NCBI GenBank assembly: GCA_049521895.1
Contig: JBEKOJ010000001.1
Location: 482,717 to 546,716 of the forward strand
DNA: 64,000 nt
Origin: Candidatus Saccharimonadales bacterium
GTDB lineage: Bacteria; Patescibacteriota; Saccharimonadia; Saccharimonadales; UBA10212
Reading direction: 5' to 3'
Each line of letters starts with the position of its first letter. Position 1 is the first letter of the stretch. Under the pieces are notes generated by a model. The model worked only from the letters and a program-made list of their open reading frames with translations, had not been told where the DNA came from and did no database searches. Shown here piece by piece: positions 8,795 through 16,374 of this stretch. Both the position numbers and the translations under genes were made by a program.

Positions 8795-9397
8795 ATGCCC
8801 CCAACCCAACAAATTCACCAACCTCATCCGGCGCCGATGCCTGTGCGTCGCAAACATATAGACTGGGCCGCCAGAACAATACGTCTTGAGCTATTTACTG
8901 TCATTGTCGGTAGCGCTCTGCTGCTGGCAGCCGTATCGCTCTACTTGGCTTTCAGCGGCACCACCGGATCTGAAACCAAACTTGTGAATACCAGTAAATA
9001 CCAGGCTGTTTTTCTTAACGGCGGCGTTACCAGTGGCTCGGTTTCGTACTCCACTTATTTTGGCCATGTTGCCAAACTGACCAGCAGCTACATGGTATTA
9101 GATAATGTTTACTATCTAACTGATACAAGCACCACTACCTCAACCAGCAATCCGCAACTTGTTAAGCTGGGTTGCCAACAGTTGCACTCACCATACGACC
9201 AAATGGTCATTAACCGTAGCCAGGTTGCCTTTTGGGAGAACCTGCAAGATAGTGGCAAGGTGGTCCAGGCCATACAGCAGTACATCAAGCAGAACCCGAA
9301 CGGCCCGAACTGCAGCCAAAGCACAAACAGCAGTAGCCAGTCAACTACTACCCCACAGAGCTCAAGCAGTTCGTCTAACGCGACTTCAGGCCAATAA
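8795..9397 (+). CDS. Membrane-anchored Ser/Thr-rich hypothetical protein
   Basis: Track ORF 8771..9397. GGAGG lies just before the second ATG (8795), so I take that as the start. The product has one N-terminal TM helix and a poly-S/T tail. Confidence 0.6.
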   Translation: MPPTQQIHQPHPAPMPVRRKHIDWAARTIRLELFTVIVGSALLLAAVSLYLAFSGTTGSETKLVNTSKYQAVFLNGGVTSGSVSYSTYFGHVAKLTSSYMVLDNVYYLTDTSTTTSTSNPQLVKLGCQQLHSPYDQMVINRSQVAFWENLQDSGKVVQAIQQYIKQNPNGPNCSQSTNSSSQSTTTPQSSSSSSNATSGQ

Positions 9398-9420
9398 TAG
9401 GTTCCTAGTCAGCTAGTAGA

Positions 9421-9452
9421 AAACCTCTCTGAAAATATAAAGAGGGGTTTTT
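9421..9452. terminator. Candidate bidirectional terminator between convergent genes
   Basis: A 10-bp stem AAACCTCTCT / AGAGGGGTTT with a 10-nt loop, followed by a T-run. It sits between stops at 9397 (+) and 9453 (-). Confidence 0.55.
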
Positions 9453-10052
9453 CTATTTGGCCAATCTGGTAGCAACAAGTTTAGCAATGAATAACAGAGC
9501 TAGTAACGCCATAACCACCAAGCTCCAGCCAGCTAAGTCGGGTGACCAAGCAGGACTCAAAAAATCGAATTCATATAGGGCCACAGGTATAGTAGTGGAG
9601 CTAGTGTTTAGACTATGGGTACTGATGTAATTTTGCACGCAAGGCACGCGGTAGTAGCCGTAAAAATCCGTCGGGTCCTGTTGCTGGCAATAGTTTTCGG
9701 CCTCGGTATATAACTGGGAGTTGGCGCTGTCCAGCTGTTGCTGCTGGGCAGCGACTAGCCTTTGGTAGGTATATTTCAGTTGAATGGGTGGCTTGATAGT
9801 ATTTCCGCCGCTGGATAAATTGGTATTCATATGGGCGTAGACATAGTTGCGCAGATTATTTAATGTAGCGTTAACGTTGCCATCATTCTTATCGGCAACA
9901 TATAGTTCGTTGCGCAGTCTTATCATCGTTTGGTTGTTGTGCCGGAGTGCTAAAACAGACATCGAGCCACTAGCTAGCGCCAAAATTAAAAACACCCACA
10001 AGGACGTTTGCCAGGCTTTTTTAAAAACCACTCGAAGCTTATGCATAATCAT
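9453..10052 (-). CDS. Hypothetical membrane protein (TM helices at the N- and C-termini)
   Basis: 199-aa ORF with hydrophobic segments at both ends. I recognised no family. Confidence 0.55.
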   Translation of the reverse strand: MIMHKLRVVFKKAWQTSLWVFLILALASGSMSVLALRHNNQTMIRLRNELYVADKNDGNVNATLNNLRNYVYAHMNTNLSSGGNTIKPPIQLKYTYQRLVAAQQQQLDSANSQLYTEAENYCQQQDPTDFYGYYRVPCVQNYISTHSLNTSSTTIPVALYEFDFLSPAWSPDLAGWSLVVMALLALLFIAKLVATRLAK

Positions 10053-10131
10053 TGTTTTATGTTGACACGTCTAGCTACTGCCGTCAAAACGCACCCTGTA
10101 CGCTCTACGCTAAACGCTGTACGCTATATTT

Positions 10132-11427
10132 ATGCACGTCTATTTTTCGGGGATTGGCGGTACCGGCATCAGTGCTTTGGCGGTCATCGCTAAAGAGGCC
10201 GGGTATGATGTTAGCGGTTCGGATGCCCGCGACAGCCAGTATCTCAAATGGTTGCGCAAAAAAGGCATCAGTGACATACACGTCGGTTTAACTCACGAGC
10301 AAATTGCCTCCGTACACCAAAAACATCCTATAGATTGGTTCATTTATGGCTCAGCCCAGCCGTTAGATTTCCCCGATAACCCAGAGTTTGCTTTTTGCGA
10401 CGAGATGGGCATCAAAAAGTCAAAGCGCGACGAGTTGCTTAATAAAATTATTACTGACAAAAAGCTTAAACTAATCGCCATTGCTGGCACTCATGGCAAA
10501 ACTACCACTACCGCCATGGCTATTTGGCTATTTAAGCAGCTTAGCATTCCGGTAAGTTACTCCGTGGGCGCCAAGCTTAGTTTTGGCGAGACCGGCGAAT
10601 TTAACCCCTCTAGTCAATATTTCGTCTATGAAGCAGACGAGTTTGACCGTAATTTCTTGAGCTTTCACCCTACGTTTTCCCTAATAGCCGGCATCGACTG
10701 GGACCATCCAGATATTTTCCCAACCCGCGACTCTTACTACGACGCTTTCCGGCAATTTCTGGGGCAGAGTGCCCATAGCATTACCTGGCAATCAGATGCG
10801 ACCAAGCTAGGTGTCCGTCAATCGGCTGTACTACGTGTGCTAAACGGTGAAGATCCCCAGATAGACCGGCAGCTTAAGCTGGCCGGCAGGGTCAATCGGC
10901 TGGATGCCTGGCTGGTAGCCAACGGTCTGCAACCAATCGTCGGTAAAGATTTGGATGAACTAATAGAAATTCTCAACCGCTTTCCAGGCTTGTCACGGCG
11001 TTTTGAGCAGATCGCTCCTAATTTGTATAGTGATTATGCGCATACGCCGCCCAAAATTCGCGGAGCTTTACAACTGGCCCACGAAGTCGCTGGCAATAAT
11101 GTGGTGGTCGTTTATGAAGGCTTACATAATACACGCCAGCACTTTATTAAGAAGGAGCTAGCTAGCTTATTTGACGACGTTAAGCAGCTCTATATTATGC
11201 CTAGCTATCTGGCTCGCGAAGATCAAACCTTAAAGCTACTGTCCCCTGCTGATTTACTTAACATGTTAAGTAAATCTTCGAAGTTACATGCTCAGACAGC
11301 TGCACTTAATGATATATTGGCCAAAGATATCCGTAAGCATACTTCCCAAGGCAACCTGGTGCTCTGCCTTAGCGCCGGCGGCGGCGGTTCCTTGGACGAA
11401 TGGCTCCGTAGGGTTTTTGCCGCTTAA
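10132..11427 (+). CDS. Mur ligase family protein (MurC/Mpl-like)
   Basis: N-terminal Rossmann motif FSGIGGTGISALAVIAKEAGYDVSGSD, ATP site IAGTHGKTTTTAM, and YEADEFDRNF...DWDHPDIF. Confidence 0.8.
   Translation: MHVYFSGIGGTGISALAVIAKEAGYDVSGSDARDSQYLKWLRKKGISDIHVGLTHEQIASVHQKHPIDWFIYGSAQPLDFPDNPEFAFCDEMGIKKSKRDELLNKIITDKKLKLIAIAGTHGKTTTTAMAIWLFKQLSIPVSYSVGAKLSFGETGEFNPSSQYFVYEADEFDRNFLSFHPTFSLIAGIDWDHPDIFPTRDSYYDAFRQFLGQSAHSITWQSDATKLGVRQSAVLRVLNGEDPQIDRQLKLAGRVNRLDAWLVANGLQPIVGKDLDELIEILNRFPGLSRRFEQIAPNLYSDYAHTPPKIRGALQLAHEVAGNNVVVVYEGLHNTRQHFIKKELASLFDDVKQLYIMPSYLAREDQTLKLLSPADLLNMLSKSSKLHAQTAALNDILAKDIRKHTSQGNLVLCLSAGGGGSLDEWLRRVFAA
11252..11275. repeat. Perfect 24-bp palindrome ATTTACTTAACATGTTAAGTAAAT inside a CDS
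   Basis: It shares the core TACTTAAC-NN-GTTAAGTA with the intergenic palindrome family. It encodes LLNMLS in the Mur ligase gene. Confidence 0.75.
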
Positions 11428-11430
11428 GCC

Positions 11431-12066
11431 CTAAATAGCTACCGGGACAGCATTTTCCAGTTCAATAAATTCTACCCCTTGAGTTTGTAGGTATTTTTTG
11501 GCTTTAGCATAGTATTCCCCCTTGGCTTGCTTGTGCCAAGGCCAGTCATGGATTGGGATAATAACCTTCGGCTTGATAGCGATGGCTGCTTCCAATGCCT
11601 CTTTGATGGATGCAAATGGTGCGGTTATGGGTAAAGCCAAGATGTCACGGCTATGTTGGATATGTAGTGCGTCACCCGGGTGAGTAAATTGGCCGGCTAT
11701 GTGCACGCCTATGTTAGAAGGTGCCTGTAACCCCCATGAAGGCGGTTCGTGGGCTGCTTCAAATACCTGGATATTGTCATCGCTGCCGGTCATAATCGGG
11801 TTTTTAATCTCCAGCTTTTTGATCTCGTCTGCCAAGTCATTGTTGGTAACAATCGGTGTATAGGGAAATTTTTGGGCTACAGCCCGCAGAAAAGGTTCGT
11901 GGTAATGATCGGCGTGTTCGTGTGTTACCACGATATAATCCAGTTTTTCCAGTTTATCAATCGCTAGCAAATGGCTGTCCCAACTATAGTTACCCGGGTC
12001 AATCAAAACTATTAATTCGGGTGTCTCAACTAACAGGCAGGAATGTACATATTTGGTAATTTTCAT
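11431..12066 (-). CDS. MBL-fold metallo-hydrolase
   Basis: Contains the HxHxDH motif VVTHEHADHY in a 211-aa protein. Confidence 0.8.
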   Translation of the reverse strand: MKITKYVHSCLLVETPELIVLIDPGNYSWDSHLLAIDKLEKLDYIVVTHEHADHYHEPFLRAVAQKFPYTPIVTNNDLADEIKKLEIKNPIMTGSDDNIQVFEAAHEPPSWGLQAPSNIGVHIAGQFTHPGDALHIQHSRDILALPITAPFASIKEALEAAIAIKPKVIIPIHDWPWHKQAKGEYYAKAKKYLQTQGVEFIELENAVPVAI

Positions 12067-12071
12067 ACTAA

Positions 12072-12503
12072 CTAAACGCCGCCGGATTTCCTAAAGGCCG
12101 CAAAAGCAATAAACGCCAAGGCTAATGCCACTATCACCGCTACCGCCACCGGCATGGACTGGCTCGGGTTAGGATTACCCGGTTTGGGAGGGGATTTTTT
12201 GTCTGATTTCTTAAGGTTTTCACCGGTATTTTTACTATCCGCCTCTGTTGATGGCTTTTTTTCTTCGCGGTTAACGCCTCTTACAACTTGGTCGAACACT
12301 TTGTCGCCGCCGGGATGCTGGTTGGCGGCAGCTGACGGAGCAGCTGCTATGGGATTGCCGGCCGTTTGGCTATCCTGAGCCTTGACCGGAATATTGTTTA
12401 CCAGCTCTGCCGTCACTTGCTCGGCAGCCGTAGGTACCGGAGGGTTACCGGTGGTCGCCGGAGGCGCGAAGTCGCGTATGTAAGGGCTTTTTGCAGGTTC
12501 CAT
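12072..12503 (-). CDS. Pro-rich hypothetical protein with a C-terminal TM anchor
   Basis: Track ORF 12072..12518 starts at a TTG inside a repeat element. The likelier start is ATG 12503 (MEPAKSPY...), preceded by GAGG at 9-nt spacing. Confidence 0.5.
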   Translation of the reverse strand: MEPAKSPYIRDFAPPATTGNPPVPTAAEQVTAELVNNIPVKAQDSQTAGNPIAAAPSAAANQHPGGDKVFDQVVRGVNREEKKPSTEADSKNTGENLKKSDKKSPPKPGNPNPSQSMPVAVAVIVALALAFIAFAAFRKSGGV

Positions 12504-12607
12504 CCCGTTAGACCTCAAAGACTTTCATTGTTGATTGATACGACGAAGCATGCAAGCGATTCAAGACGCCGTAGACGGCACGGAAGTTAAGTGAGGTTCT
12601 AACGGGA
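12503..12607. repeat. 105-bp TIR element, copy A (MITE-like or structured leader)
   Basis: Ends TCCCGTTAGACCTCA ... TGAGGTTCTAACGGGA with the core GAAGCATGCAAGCGATTCAAGACGCCGTA. A second copy lies at 23415-23519 in inverted orientation. Confidence 0.75.
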
Positions 12608-12667
12608 TCCATTACAGAGGTATTTTAGCATAACCACTAATGTTAGCAGATTGCATGGTTTAATTAG

Positions 12668-13312
12668 ATGATGAATCTTGACCAAAAGCTACGCCAAGCC
12701 GAGCAGCATTTAAGTCGGCATGACAAGCGGCTGGCGCCAGTTATCAAAATGTACGGCCATTGCACTATTAAGCCGCACAGTGATCACTACGGCGAGCTAG
12801 TCAGTAGCATCGTTGGCCAACAGTTGAGCACCAAAGCTGGTGCCGCCATTTGGCGGCGGGTGTTAAACCTGTTTGGCGGCAAAATGCCGACCCCAAAACA
12901 GTTGCTCAAAGTAGATGCCGATAAAATTCGGGTTTGCGGCGTCAGCTATACCAAAATCGGCTATATGAAAGACTTGGCGTCTCACGTTTTGGATGGCCGG
13001 TTGGATCTGCTGCACATTGCCACCATGCCCAACGAGCAGCTCATCGAACAGCTAACAGCAGTCAAAGGCATTGGCGAATGGAGCGCGCATATGTTTATGA
13101 TTTTTGGGCTGGGCCGGTTGGATATTTTGCCGGTCGGCGACCTGGGCGTGCGCAAAGCTGTTATGAATTTGTATCAGCTCAAGGAGCTGCCGGACCCGGC
13201 GCGGATGGTAACTATCGCTAACAAAAATAACTGGCATCCGTACGAATCGGTGGCCGCCTGGTATCTGTGGCAAAGCCTGGACAATAACCCCCAACGACCC
13301 ACACGCCACTGA
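12668..13312 (+). CDS. DNA-3-methyladenine glycosylase II-like (AlkA / HhH-GPD family)
   Basis: Contains IVGQQLSTKAGAAIWRR and the HhH-GPD region VKGIGEWSAHMFMIFGLGRLDILPVGDLGVRKA. Confidence 0.8.
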   Translation: MMNLDQKLRQAEQHLSRHDKRLAPVIKMYGHCTIKPHSDHYGELVSSIVGQQLSTKAGAAIWRRVLNLFGGKMPTPKQLLKVDADKIRVCGVSYTKIGYMKDLASHVLDGRLDLLHIATMPNEQLIEQLTAVKGIGEWSAHMFMIFGLGRLDILPVGDLGVRKAVMNLYQLKELPDPARMVTIANKNNWHPYESVAAWYLWQSLDNNPQRPTRH

Positions 13313-13446
13313 GCCCTGCTGCTCGGCAAAGCCAAGCATGCCGGCTCAGTTCATGGCGCATTACTGCGTCAACAGCTGCGGTACTCGCTCAATGTACCAA
13401 TTAGTATACTTCCTCGGGCAGCTGCCGAGCCCTGATTACTTAATTA

Positions 13447-13563
13447 TCGAGGCCGCGAGTACCACTACTAAAAAGTGGGTCAGGCGTAGTGCAGCCCGAG
13501 TAGTGGTTTAGGCTACCCGGCGCGAAACGCACACTTTTTAGTAGTGGTGCGGAAGGCCGACGA
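13447..13563. other. Large imperfect hairpin with a perfect 16-bp core
   Basis: CCACTACTAAAAAGTG (13462-13477) pairs with CACTTTTTAGTAGTGG (13532-13547). A third AGTAGTGG copy in the loop (about 13497-13506) would allow alternative pairing. Confidence 0.5.
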
Positions 13564-13567
13564 GGAT

Positions 13568-13589
13568 AATACTTGACTAGTCAAGTATT
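13568..13589. repeat. 22-bp palindrome family copy (perfect: AATACTTGAC-TA-GTCAAGTATT)
   Basis: Located 9 nt 3' of the stop of the minus-strand gene 13598..15340. Confidence 0.8.
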
Positions 13590-13597
13590 TAGCGGGT

Positions 13598-15340
13598 TTA
13601 CTGGCCAAAGGCTGGTTCGTAGTCGGTGACTTTAAGCGGCGTGTCACCATGGGTGTCCATAATGTACAGCTCGCTGCCGCCTTTGCTGACCAGCAAATAG
13701 TTGTCCGTATACCAGCCATAAGTGCTGTAATCGCTCAGGTTTAAGATAGTTTTTGGACTACTACCGCTAGCATCCCCCAAGATCACGGCAAGTTTGCCAT
13801 CGCGCGGCTCGCTCCAAAAAGTCTGGTTGCCGCTTGGTGAGAATAAGTATGTGTAGCTACTGGCGTAGAGTTGGTTGCTGCTCAGAGTAACTTGCTTGGG
13901 TGTACTGCCAACGATGTAATCAAAGTAGGTCGTGATGGTCATGTCGGCTGATTCATCCATGATATAAACCCCCACCGGACTATGCTGGACGAACTGCACG
14001 ATGTCATTCGCGGGATAGGTGCCAACAGACTGGTGATTCTGACCATCGACGCTTATAATTTGCAGGCTGTCTTGCTTGCTATTTAGTACCGTTGGGTCAC
14101 TTGAGCCGCTGCTCCAAGTTTTGCCATAAACTACGTCGTTGCCAGAGAGGACGACTGTGTTGTAGTTTTCGTTAGCATTAGTGGTGGCGTCACTGCCGGC
14201 ACTTTGATCCAGCAAGGTGGTCCGGCCAGTAGTAGCATCGTAGCTTTTGAGTTTGTTAAGGCCTTGCTGCCAGTCCGGTAAATCTTGGCGGGCTACGGTA
14301 TAGATAAGCGAATCGCCGATCCAGCCGATCATGTTAAATATGGCGTTGCCGGAATCGGCCTGTAGCAGTTTGTCGTCGGCTGCGGCCAGCACGTAAAGTT
14401 GTGGCATGGCATCGGTGGTCGTGCGTTTGGAGACTAGCGCCACGTACTGGCCATCGGGCGATTGCAGTAAAAAGGTGTTACCAGCTTCTTCATTACCGGT
14501 GGCAGCCACCACAGTTTGGGCGTCGCTGCCGTCCAGGTTAGCCTTCATTACGTCTAGGCTGCCAGTACGCTTACTCAAAAAGTAAATCTTGCCGGCCGGC
14601 GTAAGTTTAAAGTCATTTTCCTCGATCTTCTGGCTACTGGTTTTTAATGTCACGCTGGCGTTGTTGTAGCCGCTTAGGTTCAAAGTGGCCTTTTGCGATG
14701 AGGCATTTGCCGGCACGACGATTGTAGCCGTGCCATCACTGCCAGTCTTAGATGTCGTATCAGCAACCTCGATAGTCGCGTCAGCCAAGACTTTGCCGCT
14801 AATTAGGTTGGTGATCTTGATTTTGACCTGCCGGCCGGTGGCTACTACCGGGATATCGGGGGTGGATTTTTGGTTGAGGATTGGCACCAATACGCTGACC
14901 TGCTTGCTTTGGTAATACTTTTTGGTGATTTGCAAGCTGCGGTGTCCAGCTTTTACACCGTGCAGGGTCACTTTGCCGCTGCCATTTGTCGTCCCACTGA
15001 CTCCGGTAATACTAACAGTAGCGCCACTGACTGGGGTATTGGCTGTGGAGTCAGAGACTTCGATCGTGAAGCTCTTTTTAAGTACCAAGCCGGCAGCCTG
15101 GTAGCGCGTCCAAGGGACTCCGCCGATGATAAGCAGCAAAATTATGATTGTGGCCGGTATGGACCACTTTTTGTGGCTTTTGTACCAGTTTTTAAAACGG
15201 TGCCAGTGCCGCCAATGTGAACTACCCGCCGCGGGTTTTTCGGTTTTAGGTTCTGACCCTGGTTCGGCCTGGGGCCCAGGCTGTTCCGTATCTAGTTCAG
15301 GCTCTGTCGATTCGTTTGCAGGGACTTGTTCATCTTCCAT
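13598..15340 (-). CDS. Membrane-anchored surface protein with carboxypeptidase-regulatory-like and TolB-like beta-propeller regions
   Basis: 580 aa with an N-terminal TM helix, Ig/CarboxypepD_reg-like repeats (VSGATVSITGVSGTTNGSGKVTL) and propeller-like repeats (SPDGQYVALVS). Confidence 0.6.
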   Translation of the reverse strand: MEDEQVPANESTEPELDTEQPGPQAEPGSEPKTEKPAAGSSHWRHWHRFKNWYKSHKKWSIPATIIILLLIIGGVPWTRYQAAGLVLKKSFTIEVSDSTANTPVSGATVSITGVSGTTNGSGKVTLHGVKAGHRSLQITKKYYQSKQVSVLVPILNQKSTPDIPVVATGRQVKIKITNLISGKVLADATIEVADTTSKTGSDGTATIVVPANASSQKATLNLSGYNNASVTLKTSSQKIEENDFKLTPAGKIYFLSKRTGSLDVMKANLDGSDAQTVVAATGNEEAGNTFLLQSPDGQYVALVSKRTTTDAMPQLYVLAAADDKLLQADSGNAIFNMIGWIGDSLIYTVARQDLPDWQQGLNKLKSYDATTGRTTLLDQSAGSDATTNANENYNTVVLSGNDVVYGKTWSSGSSDPTVLNSKQDSLQIISVDGQNHQSVGTYPANDIVQFVQHSPVGVYIMDESADMTITTYFDYIVGSTPKQVTLSSNQLYASSYTYLFSPSGNQTFWSEPRDGKLAVILGDASGSSPKTILNLSDYSTYGWYTDNYLLVSKGGSELYIMDTHGDTPLKVTDYEPAFGQ

Positions 15341-15403
15341 AATTGCTTACGCTTAGACTATAAGGCGCGCAAGGTTTTTTGCCAACCAAATTTTAAGGAT
15401 TTC

Positions 15404-16204
15404 CTAAGTTATAGAAAGTGATTCGAGCATGTTTTTCAGCGGGCCAGAAAAACTATTATTGCTCCAGTTGGCAGAGTCAATGGTCAGCGGCGTTGTTTTG
15501 CCTGAACAGTTAGCGTCAGCACACTGCAAAAAAGTAATATTTATGATGGGATCCTCTTTGCTGATATCTACCAGCGGTATGGCTTGGCCTTTTTGATAAC
15601 CGTTGTCGCTGGTGATATAAATCCCATCCAAGCCGCTGCCGGCGGTGTTGGCATATTGCAATAAACTTAAATAAGTAGCGGCGCGCTGGGTGGGCGTGGG
15701 ATTTTTGTAGCTAATTTTTTCCGAATCGAACACAGCTACGGCGTTGCCTTCCTTAAAACCGCTCAGAGTTTGCGTTGAATTAAGGAACAGCGTCTCAATC
15801 TGTCCGGTAACGATCTGCCCGACAGCATTTTTCAGCTTCATGGCCGGTGATATCACGGTCATTTGTCCGCCGCCAGGGTCAGTAATCGTCCAGTTGGCCG
15901 GATAACTAAAAGTCAGATAAAAATTTGGCGAGGTGTAGCTCCTGGTGGAGGCGTCAATTTGGGTGCTGACTTTGGGCTGGGCGGCCTGGGCAGCACGCGC
16001 AGTTGCGGCTGATTTTTGTGTTGGCCGGTGTTTTAAGTACCAATAACCCCCACCGCCAGCTCCAGCCAATAGTACCAACACTATTAGCAAAGCAATTATC
16101 CGGCCGGTTTTGTTGCCCTCTTTGTGGTAGTTAGGGCCTACGTACTCGCGGCTTGGCGGCGGCGCGGTTTCAGGCGGACTCTGTTGGCCCTCTTCGTGAT
16201 CCAT
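15404..16204 (-). CDS. Membrane-anchored hypothetical protein
   Basis: 266-aa ORF with a Pro-rich N-terminus and a single TM helix (IIALLIVLVLLAGAGGGGYWY). Confidence 0.55.
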   Translation of the reverse strand: MDHEEGQQSPPETAPPPSREYVGPNYHKEGNKTGRIIALLIVLVLLAGAGGGGYWYLKHRPTQKSAATARAAQAAQPKVSTQIDASTRSYTSPNFYLTFSYPANWTITDPGGGQMTVISPAMKLKNAVGQIVTGQIETLFLNSTQTLSGFKEGNAVAVFDSEKISYKNPTPTQRAATYLSLLQYANTAGSGLDGIYITSDNGYQKGQAIPLVDISKEDPIINITFLQCADANCSGKTTPLTIDSANWSNNSFSGPLKNMLESLSIT

Positions 16205-16374
16205 AGCAAAATTATACCCCGTAGTAGACTTTCCAGACGAGCCCGCCTAGCGGGCTTTATTATTTTGCAGAATGCAAAATCAAACTGGAAAGCTCACTAC
16301 AGGGTTATACCCCCAATCAAAAGGCCTAAGCTTGGATAGCAGCTATATGTATAATATTTAACAAGAAGTTATTT

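Noticed and set aside
12366-12590. Track ORFs whose N-termini read MRSNG... (12072..12518 start, 23504..23704) or that run through the 105-bp elements (12366..12590)
   Set aside because: Their starts are TTG codons created by the repeat end TTGAGGTCTAACGGGAT. The similarity between them is nucleotide repeat identity, not a protein family.
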